Assembly: GCA_021776735.1 (NCBI GenBank)
Contig: JAJFFH010000028.1
Span: 40,240 to 104,239, forward strand
Origin: Planctomycetota bacterium
GTDB lineage: Bacteria; Planctomycetota; PLA2
Direction of reading: 5' to 3'
DNA length: 64,000 nt
The stretch's first letter is position 1, and every line of letters begins with the position of its first letter. The notes beneath the pieces were generated by a model, which was not told where the DNA came from, made no database searches, and saw only the letters and a list, made by a program, of their open reading frames with translations. This document shows positions 50,331 to 59,786 of the stretch, one piece after another. Made by a program: the position numbers and the translations under genes.

Positions 50331-51767
50331 ATGAGCCGCGAAACACAGATCAAGCCCAAGCAAAAGATCCTCATCGTCGATGACGACCGGACGCAGGCCG
50401 AGACCCTTGCGCGCGTGCTCCGGCTGGAGGGGTACGAGGCCGTCGTCGCCGAGAGTGGCCGCGAGGCACTCGGCGAACTTGCGGTTGGGGTGTTCGATCT
50501 CGTGCTCACCGACTTCAAGATGCCCGGGATGGACGGTCTTGAGCTGTTCCGCAAGGTCCATGAGGCACATCCGGAATTACCGGTGCTGATTATCACCGCG
50601 CACGGCACGATCGAAACCGCGATCGAGGCGGTGCGCGCGGGCGTGGCCGACTTCCTCCAAAAGCCGGTGTACGCCGAAGAGCTCATGCACCGATTCGAGA
50701 AGGTCTTGCGCGAGCGAGCGCTCCAGACCGAGAACGCGGAGCTCAAGAAGCGCCTGCTGCACCGTGACCGGGGCGACGCGATGCTCGGTGCAAGCGACGT
50801 GATGTCGCGGCAGCGCGAAGAGATCCGGCGCGTGGCGCGTACCGAAGCCACGGTGCTGATTCTCGGCGAGTCCGGGGTCGGCAAGGAACTCGTGGCGGAC
50901 GCGATCCACTACGGATCCGCTCGCGCCGATGGACCGCACGTCAAGCTGAACTGTGCGGCCATTCCCGAGAACCTGCTCGAGGATGAGCTGTTTGGCCACG
51001 AGCGTGGCGCGTACACCGGTGCGAGCCAACGGCGCCAGGGACGCTTCGAACTCGCCCACGGGGGCACGCTGTTTCTCGACGAGATCGGGGAGCTTCCGCT
51101 GGGCCTGCAGGTGAAGCTGCTGCGTCTGCTCCAGGAACGAAAGTTCGAACGCCTTGGCGGCAGCGAATCGATCGAAGCCGACGTGCGGATCGTGTGTGCC
51201 ACGAACCGGGATCTCGAGGCGCACGTGCGTGAGGGAAAGTTCCGCGAGGATCTCTACTACCGCATAAACGTCGTGCCCATCCAGGTACCCCCGCTACGTG
51301 CCCGCGGCGACGACATCGTTCTGCTCGCCCGCCACTTCGCGCGGGAAGCCGGTGCCCGCAACGGTCGTCCGATCGAGGCCCTGGCCCCGGTTGCCCTCAC
51401 GTCGCTGCGGAACCACTCGTGGCCCGGCAACGTGCGTGAGTTGCGCAATGTCGTCGAGCGCGCCGTCATCATGGGAAGCGGGAGCACTCTCACCGAGGGC
51501 CACCTGTCGATCGGCCCGGCGCTTGTCGCCGGAAGCACCAATGGCTCGGGACCGGTAACCGATGCGGACGCGGCTCTCATCCGCGAACTCATGCAGTCCA
51601 AGATCGGGTTCGAGGAGTTCGAGCGGGAGCTGCTGGTCCGCGCGCTTGAGCGCAACCGCGGCAACCAGTCGCGCGCCGCCCGGATGCTCGGCATGACCCG
51701 TCGGACCCTGCAGTACAGAATCGACAAGTTCGGCATTGATACGGCTTCCATGCGGGCGAGTTCCTGA
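50331..51767 (+). CDS. Sigma54-dependent NtrC-family response regulator
   Basis: Receiver VDDD..TDFKMPGMDG; GESGVGKE; GAYTGA; FLDEIG; WPGNVREL; Fis-type HTH. Confidence 0.96.
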   Translation: MSRETQIKPKQKILIVDDDRTQAETLARVLRLEGYEAVVAESGREALGELAVGVFDLVLTDFKMPGMDGLELFRKVHEAHPELPVLIITAHGTIETAIEAVRAGVADFLQKPVYAEELMHRFEKVLRERALQTENAELKKRLLHRDRGDAMLGASDVMSRQREEIRRVARTEATVLILGESGVGKELVADAIHYGSARADGPHVKLNCAAIPENLLEDELFGHERGAYTGASQRRQGRFELAHGGTLFLDEIGELPLGLQVKLLRLLQERKFERLGGSESIEADVRIVCATNRDLEAHVREGKFREDLYYRINVVPIQVPPLRARGDDIVLLARHFAREAGARNGRPIEALAPVALTSLRNHSWPGNVRELRNVVERAVIMGSGSTLTEGHLSIGPALVAGSTNGSGPVTDADAALIRELMQSKIGFEEFERELLVRALERNRGNQSRAARMLGMTRRTLQYRIDKFGIDTASMRASS

Positions 51768-51990
51768 CGCGAGAATCCGCAGGGCGGGTTTTCGTCAGCG
51801 CGTGCCGGGGTGGTGGCTTGGGCCGCCCGGCCGGCCCCAAAGGAACATGAGTCGAACGTTCGCGTGCGTGCATCTCGCTCGCGCTATGTTCCTGCTCCAT
51901 GTGGGCCGCGGGGCGCGGCGAAGCGCCGACACCCGACCCCGGCCAACGAAAACCCGCTATGCGGATTCTCGGAGGGCATAATGATCGGGC

Positions 51991-53274
51991 ATGCCGTCGC
52001 TGCAGCTCGCCCTCGACTTCGTGGATCTTCACCGTGCCCTCGGGGTCTTGCGCGAGGCGCTGCGTGGTGGCGTGGACTGGGTCGAGATCGGGACGCCGCT
52101 GCTCAAGGCGGAGGGGCTCGATGCGGTTCGCGCGGTGCGCAAGGAGTGTCCGGGGCTGACGGTTGTCTGCGACACCAAGACGATGGACGCGGGACGGACC
52201 GAGATGGAGGCAGCCGCGAAGGCCGGGGCCGACGTGGCGACCGTGCTCGGCGCCGCGTCCGACGCGACGGTTCGCGAGTGCATCGAGGCCGGCCGGAACT
52301 ACGGGATCAAGGTGGCGGTCGATCTCGTCTCGGTGCAAGACCCGGTGGCGCGCGCGCGCCAGGCGGCCGAGTGGGGCGCCGCGGTCGTCGGCGTGCATTG
52401 TCCCATCGATGAGCAGATGAAGGGCAAGGACCCGTTCGCGACCCTGCGCGCCGTCGCGGAGGCCGTGGACATTTCGGTGTCGGTCGCTGGCGGCATCAAC
52501 AGCGAGACGGCGGGCCTGGCCGTCGCCGCGGGTGCGTCCGTCGTCGTCGTGGGGGGCGCGATCACCAAAGCCGAGGACGCCTGCGCGGCCGTGCAGCAGC
52601 TACGGCGCGTGATGGAGTCGGGCGTCGCCGAGCACACCGAGCTGTTTCGGCGGGGCGGTGAGGCCGACCTGCGGGAGCTGCTGGCGCGGCCGTCCGTGCC
52701 GAACGTTTCCGACGGCTACCACCACATGCCGCCGATTCCCGACCTGATCCCGATCGTAGCGGGCCAGAAGCTGGTCGGCCGCGCGGTCACGGTGCGCACC
52801 TACCCGGGCGACTGGGCGAAACCCGTCGAGGCGATCGATCAGGCGGGCGAGGGTGACGTCATCGTGATCGATGCGGGCGGCGTGCCGCCGGCGATCTGGG
52901 GCGAGCTGGCGACGCACAGCGCGGTGCAGAAAAAACTCGCCGGGGTCATCATCTGGGGCGCGATTCGCGACACTCCCGAAATCCGCGCCCTCGGTTTCCC
53001 CGCGTTTGCCCGCCACGTCACGGCGCGCGCGGGCGAGCCGAAGGGCTTCGGAGAGATCGGCGTGCCCATCGAAATCGGCGGCCAGTCCATCGAACCCGGC
53101 GACTGGATCGTCGGCGACGATGACGGCGTAATCCGCCTGCCCAGGCGCCACGCAGTCGAAATCGCCAACCGGGCGATGGACCGCATGGAAATGGAAAACC
53201 GCGTGCGCAAGGAAATCAAGGCGGGCTCCACCCTGGCGCAGGTCGCCGATCTGTACAAATGGGAGAAGCGGTGA
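51991..53274 (+). CDS. 3-hexulose-6-phosphate synthase (OMPDC fold) fused to an RraA/HMG-aldolase-like domain
   Basis: [31 protein letters not shown]; C-domain [23 protein letters not shown]. Confidence 0.88.
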   Translation: MPSLQLALDFVDLHRALGVLREALRGGVDWVEIGTPLLKAEGLDAVRAVRKECPGLTVVCDTKTMDAGRTEMEAAAKAGADVATVLGAASDATVRECIEAGRNYGIKVAVDLVSVQDPVARARQAAEWGAAVVGVHCPIDEQMKGKDPFATLRAVAEAVDISVSVAGGINSETAGLAVAAGASVVVVGGAITKAEDACAAVQQLRRVMESGVAEHTELFRRGGEADLRELLARPSVPNVSDGYHHMPPIPDLIPIVAGQKLVGRAVTVRTYPGDWAKPVEAIDQAGEGDVIVIDAGGVPPAIWGELATHSAVQKKLAGVIIWGAIRDTPEIRALGFPAFARHVTARAGEPKGFGEIGVPIEIGGQSIEPGDWIVGDDDGVIRLPRRHAVEIANRAMDRMEMENRVRKEIKAGSTLAQVADLYKWEKR

Positions 53275-53471
53275 TTGTTTGCCTGAACGGCTCCAACGTG
53301 GAGTTCGAGGCGGGTGCGACTGTGGCTGGGGCCGTGGAGCGCGTCGTCGAAGACAGTTCGCGCGTGGCCGTGGAACAGAACCGGGCGATTGTCCCGCGGG
53401 CCGCATGGAATCAGACAGAGCTGACGGACGGCGATGTCTTGGAAGTCGTCACGCTCGTGGGCGGCGGCTAA
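53271..53471 (+). CDS. thiS: Sulfur carrier protein ThiS
   Basis: VAVEQN..IVPR..W...[13 protein letters not shown]; precedes thiG. Confidence 0.93.
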   Translation: MIVCLNGSNVEFEAGATVAGAVERVVEDSSRVAVEQNRAIVPRAAWNQTELTDGDVLEVVTLVGGG

Positions 53472-53497
53472 GCCCGGTAGTCAAAGAGGAGATCGTG

Positions 53498-54307
53498 ATG
53501 GTGGCAGGCCTGAACCGGACGGACGATGTCCTCCGCATTCGCGACCACGTGTTTGCGAGCCGACTCTTTGTGGGCACCGGCAAGTATGCGAGCCACGAAC
53601 AGACTGCGGCGGCGCTCGAGGCGTCGGGGACGGACTGCGTCACCGTCGCGCTGCGCCGGGTGGATCTGAACCCCGCGAAGGCGGAGAAGAACCTGCTCGA
53701 CGTGATCGATGCGGAGCGCTACACGATTTTGCCGAACACCGCCGGGTGCTACACCGAGGATGACGCGCTGCGCACGGCTCGGCTTGCGCGCGAGCTCGGA
53801 CTCGGTGATCTCGTGAAACTCGAGGTGATCGCCGACGAGCAGACACTCCTGCCCGACACCGGCGCAACGATTTCGGCGACGCGGACCCTGGCAGCCGAGG
53901 GCTTCACCGTGCTCGCCTACACCAACGACGACCCCGTCGCGGCGCGCGCCCTCGAAGAGGCTGGTGCCGCGGCGGTGATGCCGCTGGGGGCGCCCATTGG
54001 CTCCGGACTCGGGATTCTCAACCCGACCAACATCCGCATCATCCTCGATCGCGCGAAGGTGCCGATCGTCGTGGATGCGGGTGTCGGAACGGCCAGCCAC
54101 GTCGCTGCTGCGATGGAGCTCGGCGTGGACGCGGTGCTGCTCAACACCGGCATCGCGCTGGCGCAAGACCCCGTCCGGATGGCGCGGGCGATGAAGCACG
54201 CGTGCCTGGCCGGCCGCGAGGCGTTTTTGGCCGGGCGCATGGCGGGCCGCATGGTCCATGCACCCGCGAGTCCGAGCAGTCCCGTGCAAGGACGCTTCAC
54301 GAGTTGA
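53498..54307 (+). CDS. thiG: Thiazole synthase ThiG
   Basis: [40 protein letters not shown]. Confidence 0.97.
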   Translation: MVAGLNRTDDVLRIRDHVFASRLFVGTGKYASHEQTAAALEASGTDCVTVALRRVDLNPAKAEKNLLDVIDAERYTILPNTAGCYTEDDALRTARLARELGLGDLVKLEVIADEQTLLPDTGATISATRTLAAEGFTVLAYTNDDPVAARALEEAGAAAVMPLGAPIGSGLGILNPTNIRIILDRAKVPIVVDAGVGTASHVAAAMELGVDAVLLNTGIALAQDPVRMARAMKHACLAGREAFLAGRMAGRMVHAPASPSSPVQGRFTS

Positions 54308-55062
54308 TCGCGAGCGCGATTCTCGGTGCGATTCTCGAGGCGTGGCAGCAGGCGCCGGTCACGTTTGTACTCGCGGTGACCGGCATCGTGCCGCTGGTAT
54401 ACTTTGCGCGCTGGCGCAAGCCCGCGTTCTCGTCGATCGGGTTCGAGCCGCCGGAGATCGGCCTTGCCTTCGCTGTCGGGTTCTTCGTCGCCTATGCTGC
54501 CGTCGGACTTGCGATCTTCCACGGAGCGGCCCTCATTCGCGGCCTCGGTTTTCTGACCGCCGCGATCGTCGCCGTCGGTGGTCTCTCGCTCCTGTCGCGT
54601 CACGAGCGTCCCCGCGGCACGCGCAGTTGGCGGCTTCTGGCCGGTCTTGTCGGGCTGTGGGCGGCACTGCCGGTGATCTACGGAATCGCCACCGTGATCG
54701 CGATCATTCGTCCGGACCTGCCGGTCCAGGCGGCGGTCGAGACGATCCACTCAAGGGATACCGGGTGGATCCGGATCGTGTTTACCGCTGTGCTTGTCGC
54801 GCCAGTCTTTGAGGAACTCGTCTTCCGCGGATTCCTGCAGGCATCGTTGCGCCAGTTCTGGACCCCGCACGCGGCGTGCGTCGTCTCCGCGCTGGCGTTC
54901 GCCCTGATCCACGAGCACGCTGCCAAGGCGCCGATGTTCGCGTTCGGCTACGCGATCGGCATGGTTCGCGACCGAACGGGCTCGGTCGTGCCGTGCATCG
55001 TGGGACACATCGCGTTTAACGCGCTCACGATCGGCCAGCTACTCGTCCTGTCGCCCTCCTAG
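54304..55062 (+). CDS. CPBP/Abi (CAAX-protease-like) intramembrane metalloprotease
   Basis: [17 protein letters not shown]; TTGA overlap with thiG. Confidence 0.88.
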   Translation: MIASAILGAILEAWQQAPVTFVLAVTGIVPLVYFARWRKPAFSSIGFEPPEIGLAFAVGFFVAYAAVGLAIFHGAALIRGLGFLTAAIVAVGGLSLLSRHERPRGTRSWRLLAGLVGLWAALPVIYGIATVIAIIRPDLPVQAAVETIHSRDTGWIRIVFTAVLVAPVFEELVFRGFLQASLRQFWTPHAACVVSALAFALIHEHAAKAPMFAFGYAIGMVRDRTGSVVPCIVGHIAFNALTIGQLLVLSPS

Positions 55063-55085
55063 CGGGGTCAGGGGCCGAGTCCGAC

Positions 55086-55235
55086 CTAGAAGTCCGCTTC
55101 GCGCAGGGCGGTGTCGCGGAAGGGCACCCTCGCGCGCCGGAACGAACCGTTCACGAAGTCGAGGTCGATCTTCTTGCCGCCGACGGCTACGACGCGGGCG
55201 CGGCGCAGCTCGAGGTTGATCGTGACGGAATCCAC
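55086..55235 (-). CDS. Possible 49-aa HMA-fold-like ORF or gene remnant
   Basis: Below ORF-track cutoff; (RLEG)VDSVTINLELRRARVV resembles HMA beta2-beta3; GC3-biased codons. Confidence 0.3.
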   Translation of the reverse strand: MDSVTINLELRRARVVAVGGKKIDLDFVNGSFRRARVPFRDTALREADF

Positions 55236-55288
55236 GCCTTCCAGGCGGGCGCCCCCTCAATCGGGTCCGCAAGGGACTATGATCCGTC

Positions 55289-55804
55289 ATGCCCAAACGA
55301 GCGATGGAGCGCGCCGGGGAAGCCTTGGTGGCGTCCACGGCGGTAGTCGAGGCTGACGTCACACTGGGACCGATGGTCAGCGTCTGGTGGAACTCCGTCC
55401 TGCGGGGCGACGATTCCCCGCTGGTGATAGGGGTTCAGACCAACGTCCAGGATCTGGTGATGATCCACCCCGACGTGGGCGAGCCGATGGCGATCGGGGC
55501 TCGGGTCACGATCGGCCACCACGCCGTACTGCATGGGCGCGAGGTCGGGGACGAGGCGTTGATCGGAATCGGGGCGATCGTTCTGGCGGGAACCACGATC
55601 GGGGCCGGCGCCATCGTGGCCGCCGGGGCGGTCGTGCGGGAGCGGACCGAAGTGCCGCCCAACGTGCTCGTGGCAGGGGTTCCGGCGCGCGTCATCCGCG
55701 ACGTGACGCCCGACGAGCGGGCCCAGGCGGCCTGGCGGGCGGCCAAGTATTGGCGCGAGGCGTGTCAGCGAGCAGGCTTGCCCCCGCCGCCGTCCGTGCC
55801 GTAA
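55289..55804 (+). CDS. Gamma-carbonic anhydrase family protein
   Basis: VLRGD, TNVQD..IH, TIGHHAVLHG; hexapeptide repeats; AGVPARVIR. Confidence 0.92.
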   Translation: MPKRAMERAGEALVASTAVVEADVTLGPMVSVWWNSVLRGDDSPLVIGVQTNVQDLVMIHPDVGEPMAIGARVTIGHHAVLHGREVGDEALIGIGAIVLAGTTIGAGAIVAAGAVVRERTEVPPNVLVAGVPARVIRDVTPDERAQAAWRAAKYWREACQRAGLPPPPSVP

Positions 55805-55818
55805 GGTGCCGCGGTTCC

Positions 55819-57339
55819 ATGGAACGGCTGGCCTCGCTCTTCGGCATCTTCGCCCTGCTCGGCATCGGGTACGCGTTCTCGACCGCTCGCCGTGCCATCC
55901 CTTGGCGCATCGTCGTCGTCGGGATCGCGCTCCAGGTCTACCTGGCCCTGTTCATTGTCCGTCCGGAGACCGTCCCCATCGTGCTCACCCTCGCCGCGGG
56001 AATCTGCGCCTTGCTGTCGGTCGGCGCTCTGGTGCGAAAGCTACCCCCCGGGGCGGTCGGCGCCGCCGTGGGCCTGGGGCTGCTCGGCCTGTTCACGACC
56101 ATCGTAAACCTGGCGACCCAGGCATCCGGGTGGTGGCTCCTGCTCCTCGTTCCGCTGCCGTTTCTGCGTGGTCGCCTGCGTCACGCCGCAGGCATCGCGG
56201 GCAACCTCGGCGTGCTCGGGGCGCTATGGCTCTGGAGCCTGCCGCACGACTTCGTGTTCCGCGGCATCTCGGGCGTCGGCACGGGCGTGAAATGGGTGAT
56301 TGGATTCACGGGCGAAGGGACCGAGTTCGTCTTCGGGCACATCGCGGGCAGTGGGTTTGTCTTCGCGATAAACGTCGGCGCGATCATCATCTTGTTCGGC
56401 GGCCTGATGTCGCTGCTCTACTACGTGGGGATCATCCCGTGGCTCGTCGGGTTGATGGCGCGCGTGATGCACCGGTCTCTGGGCGTGAGTGGCGCCGAGT
56501 CGCTGGCCGCCGCGAGCAACGTCTTCGTGGGGCAGACCGAGGCGCCACTCGTGATTCGTCCCTATCTTGCCTCCATGACGCGCAGCGAAGTCATGGCGCT
56601 CATGACCGGCGGGTTCGCGACGATTGCGGGCAGTGTTCTTGGAGCCTACATCGCGATGTTCGAGCGGGCGGGTCTCGCGGTCGGGGCGACGCATCTGATC
56701 TCCGCCTCGGTGATGAGCGCGCCGGCTGCGTTCGTGTTTGCCAAGCTGTTCGTACCGGAAACGGAGACCTCCCAAACGGCGCAGGGCGCCAGCATGCCCC
56801 GCGACGCCGTGGGGTCCAACGCGCTCGACGCGCTGACCAGCGGCGTGACCGCCGGTCTCAAGCTCGCGGTCAACGTCATGGCGATGCTGCTCGTGTTCGT
56901 CGCCCTGACCAAGATGCTCGACACATCGGTCTCCTGGGCTTGCGATGCCATCTTCGGGCGCCCGGACGTCAATTTTCGCACGATCTACGCTTGCGTCTTC
57001 GCGCCGTTCGCGTTCCTGATGGGTGTGCCGTGGGATGAGTGCGTCGCGGTGGGCATGCACCTCGGCACGAAGACGATCTTCAACGAATTCCTGGCCTACA
57101 TCCACCTGACCGGCGCAATCGCGGCCGACGCGCTCTCCCCGCGCGCCGCGATCTTATCGACCTATGCACTCTGCGGCTTCGCGAACTTCATGTCGATCGG
57201 CATCCAGATCGGCGGCTTGTCGCAGCTCGCGCCCCGGAAGCGGTCCGTCTTTTCAAGCCTCGCCGTACGCGCGATGGTCGGCGGCGCCTTGGCCTGTCAA
57301 CTCACCGCCTGCATCGTCGGCGTTCTGGGCAAATTCTGA
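55819..57339 (+). CDS. NupC/CNT-family nucleoside transporter
   Basis: SGAESL..FVGQTEAPL, GFATIAGS, FNEFLAY, YALCGFAN. Confidence 0.94.
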   Translation: MERLASLFGIFALLGIGYAFSTARRAIPWRIVVVGIALQVYLALFIVRPETVPIVLTLAAGICALLSVGALVRKLPPGAVGAAVGLGLLGLFTTIVNLATQASGWWLLLLVPLPFLRGRLRHAAGIAGNLGVLGALWLWSLPHDFVFRGISGVGTGVKWVIGFTGEGTEFVFGHIAGSGFVFAINVGAIIILFGGLMSLLYYVGIIPWLVGLMARVMHRSLGVSGAESLAAASNVFVGQTEAPLVIRPYLASMTRSEVMALMTGGFATIAGSVLGAYIAMFERAGLAVGATHLISASVMSAPAAFVFAKLFVPETETSQTAQGASMPRDAVGSNALDALTSGVTAGLKLAVNVMAMLLVFVALTKMLDTSVSWACDAIFGRPDVNFRTIYACVFAPFAFLMGVPWDECVAVGMHLGTKTIFNEFLAYIHLTGAIAADALSPRAAILSTYALCGFANFMSIGIQIGGLSQLAPRKRSVFSSLAVRAMVGGALACQLTACIVGVLGKF

Positions 57340-57537
57340 CCGTGAACTCCGACTGCGATCTCCGACGTGATTGAAGGGGGCCCGGGGGCAGCAACCGCCC
57401 GTCCGTTTGCTTCAGGCTCGGTTTGAGAATCCGGTCGGCTTCGGTCGGCTGCGCCATGTCGCTCGCCTGCGGCTCGCGCCCCGGGGTCCGCTGCGCGGCA
57501 GTGCTGTCTGGCCTGACATCTGACGATCCGTGTCGGA

Positions 57538-58020
57538 TCACACGACCATGCCGATGATCGTGCTTTCAAACACCATCGTCCCGCGGACGAAGCCCTGGCA
57601 GGAGAAGATGGCCCGGCGCGGCTTGAGCGATGTCATCTTGCCGACGATGACCAGCCGGTCGCCCGGAACGACGGTGCCGCGAAACTTCGTATCGTTAATG
57701 CCGCCGAACCCGAAGAAGCGCTCTTCGTTCGGGAACTGCACCCGCCAGTAGAAGCTGCAGAGTTGCGCTGCCGTCTCGACCATCAGGACGCCGGGAAAGA
57801 GCGGGCGTCCGGGGATGTGGCCGCGGGCCCAAAACCCGTCGTCCTTGGCGTCGTGAAATCCGGCGATGAGTCCGTTCTCGGGGTGCCGGAAGAACACGCC
57901 GTGAAGCAGTGCGAATTCGTGGCGGTGGGGATTGTGCTTTTGGATCTCGTCGGGTCCGAACTGCACATGCTCCAAGTCGAGCGAGTCCAGGTCGGCCAAG
58001 AGCTTCGGCGGCATCCGCAT
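57538..58020 (-). CDS. fabZ: FabZ/FabA-family 3-hydroxyacyl-ACP dehydratase
   Basis: PHRHEF, GHIPGRPLFPGVLMVETAAQ, KFRGTVVPGD. Confidence 0.8.
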   Translation of the reverse strand: MRMPPKLLADLDSLDLEHVQFGPDEIQKHNPHRHEFALLHGVFFRHPENGLIAGFHDAKDDGFWARGHIPGRPLFPGVLMVETAAQLCSFYWRVQFPNEERFFGFGGINDTKFRGTVVPGDRLVIVGKMTSLKPRRAIFSCQGFVRGTMVFESTIIGMVV

Positions 58021-58114
58021 ACACTACTCGTGATCCAAAGCGGACTCTGCGGATGCGGCGTCCGGCGTTGGCCCCCGGGGCTACGATTGAGGTGCGCGCC
58101 GCACCGAGAGACCC

Positions 58115-58849
58115 ATGTCTAAATCCGATCTCCGCTCCATGATCGAGGAGGGCGAGCGGCTTCGCCGTTCCAACCCGGCGATGGCGGCCTTTCACCTGGT
58201 GCTGCCGTGCGCGGTCCTGATCGGAGTGATTGCCGTACTGATCGTGTCGGGCGCGGCAGCGCGGGTCGGTGCGGCGGCAGTGACGGCGTTCTTCTTCCTG
58301 GGGAAGCTCATCATCCTGAACGGGGGTATCGACAACCCGTTCGAAATGACGACGCTCCAATTCGCGGTCATGGTCTTTTTCCTGGATCTGTGGGTGGCCT
58401 ACACCGTTGGCTACAACCTGCACCACATCTACCGCATCCCCCGGCTCGGTCCGTGGCTGGAACGCCTCCAGAACTACTGCCGTTTCTGGATCGTGCGCAA
58501 CCCCTGGATGAAGCGGTGGGCGTTCACCGGCGTCGCGCTGTTCGTCCTGTTCCCGCTCACCGGCACGGGCGCACCCGGCGGCACGATCCTCGGGCGCCTG
58601 GTCGGGCTCCGGCCGCGGACCACCCTGATCGGCATCGCGGTCGGTTCGGCGCTGGGCTGCGGCATGATGGCAGCGTTTGCCGAGCAACTCCGGCCGTATT
58701 TCGAACGCGTCCAGGGCGAGTGGTGGTTCAAGGCCCTGGGGGTCGTCATTCTTGGTATCCTGCTGCTGCTCCTGTATCGCCTCGGCCAGCGTATTTCGCG
58801 TGCTTCCGACGAGTACGCACGGTCCGACGCAGCGGGAGGTGACGCATGA
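58115..58849 (+). CDS. Putative small multidrug export family membrane protein
   Basis: FVLFPLTGTGAPGG motif; several TM helices. Confidence 0.75.
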   Translation: MSKSDLRSMIEEGERLRRSNPAMAAFHLVLPCAVLIGVIAVLIVSGAAARVGAAAVTAFFFLGKLIILNGGIDNPFEMTTLQFAVMVFFLDLWVAYTVGYNLHHIYRIPRLGPWLERLQNYCRFWIVRNPWMKRWAFTGVALFVLFPLTGTGAPGGTILGRLVGLRPRTTLIGIAVGSALGCGMMAAFAEQLRPYFERVQGEWWFKALGVVILGILLLLLYRLGQRISRASDEYARSDAAGGDA

Positions 58850-59667
58850 AGAAACTGCTCGTTTTGGCCCTCGGTGTCGCCCTGTTCCCGGCACCCGCCG
58901 TCGCGGAGGATCCCACGGAGGCCCCCAAGGAGGACTCCAAAGAAAACAAGGAGGACGCGGAGAAGGCTCCCGAGAAAATCACCCCTGGGGGGATCGAACC
59001 GGGTGAGCCGGCCACCGCAATCGAGGACTCGTCGTCCGCCCGACGGCAGGTCGCTCGCTTCCAGAAGGAGTGGAAGGAAGCCAAGAGCAATCAGGACCGA
59101 CTCAAGGCACTCGAGCGTCTCGGGAAGTGGGACCACGGCGAGGTCTTAAAGGCGGCCCAAAGACACACCAAGCACAAGGACCACAATATCGCCACCGCCG
59201 CGGTCGTGGTTTGCGCGCGCCAGTTATCGGTCAAGAAAAAGGCGGCCAAGGCCGTCTTGGGGGTGCTGCGGCGCGAAAAGCGGACGAACGTTGTCTGCGC
59301 CGCAATGCTCGGACTCGGCTGGCTCGGATGCGACAAGAAGGCCGCCGTCAAGGAGGCGAAGAAGCTGTTCCGCAAGGACTGGCGGGAGCTGCACAAGGCG
59401 GCGACGCGGTATTTCGGCTACATCAAGTACAAGCCGGTCTTTCGGTTGCTCGCCGAGCAGCTCGACGAGCCCAGACCGGCCAACCCCAACGACCCCAACA
59501 ACCCGCCCGCCTCGTATTGGAAGGAACGTTGGCACGCCTGGAACAAGAACGTGAAATGGACCCGGTGGGCCCTGGCCCAGATGGTCCCGGGCGAGACCTT
59601 CGACGAGAAATCGGAAGCGAAGGCGTGGGCGGAGACCGAGGGCAAGAAGCACGGCATCGAGTGGTAG
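58846..59667 (+). CDS. Secreted HEAT-repeat-like protein
   Basis: GGAGG RBS, ATGA overlap; signal peptide; helical repeats; PANPNDPNNPP motif. Confidence 0.7.
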   Translation: MKKLLVLALGVALFPAPAVAEDPTEAPKEDSKENKEDAEKAPEKITPGGIEPGEPATAIEDSSSARRQVARFQKEWKEAKSNQDRLKALERLGKWDHGEVLKAAQRHTKHKDHNIATAAVVVCARQLSVKKKAAKAVLGVLRREKRTNVVCAAMLGLGWLGCDKKAAVKEAKKLFRKDWRELHKAATRYFGYIKYKPVFRLLAEQLDEPRPANPNDPNNPPASYWKERWHAWNKNVKWTRWALAQMVPGETFDEKSEAKAWAETEGKKHGIEW

Positions 59668-59786
59668 CCCTCGCCGTCGCGAACCTGCATCGCCGCCCGT
59701 TTGCGATTTCGGTCCGGTGACCCGGCCCAACAAGATTGATTGAAGCTGGTCCGGGGGACGCGCGGCGCTGCCGGTCCTCGGCTACC

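Larger units (their letters stand above)
13590..53436. repeat. Dispersed non-palindromic 13-mer ACGGACGGCGATG; span of 11 exact copies
   Basis: Plus: 13590, 28847, 31734, 34563, 35511, 53424. Minus (CATCGCCGTCCGT): 20735, 31216, 34453, 39869, 44562. Confidence 0.9.

Noticed and set aside
51768-51990. TPP riboswitch or sigma54 promoter upstream of the thiSG operon
   Set aside because: No CTGAGA/ACCTG core and no TGGCAC-N5-TTGC seen.
13590-53436. Dispersed 13-mer as Chi/KOPS, parS/matS, REP or a repeated peptide motif
   Set aside because: Not strand-polarised (6 plus, 5 minus), not palindromic, mostly intragenic, and read in three frames plus intergenic DNA.
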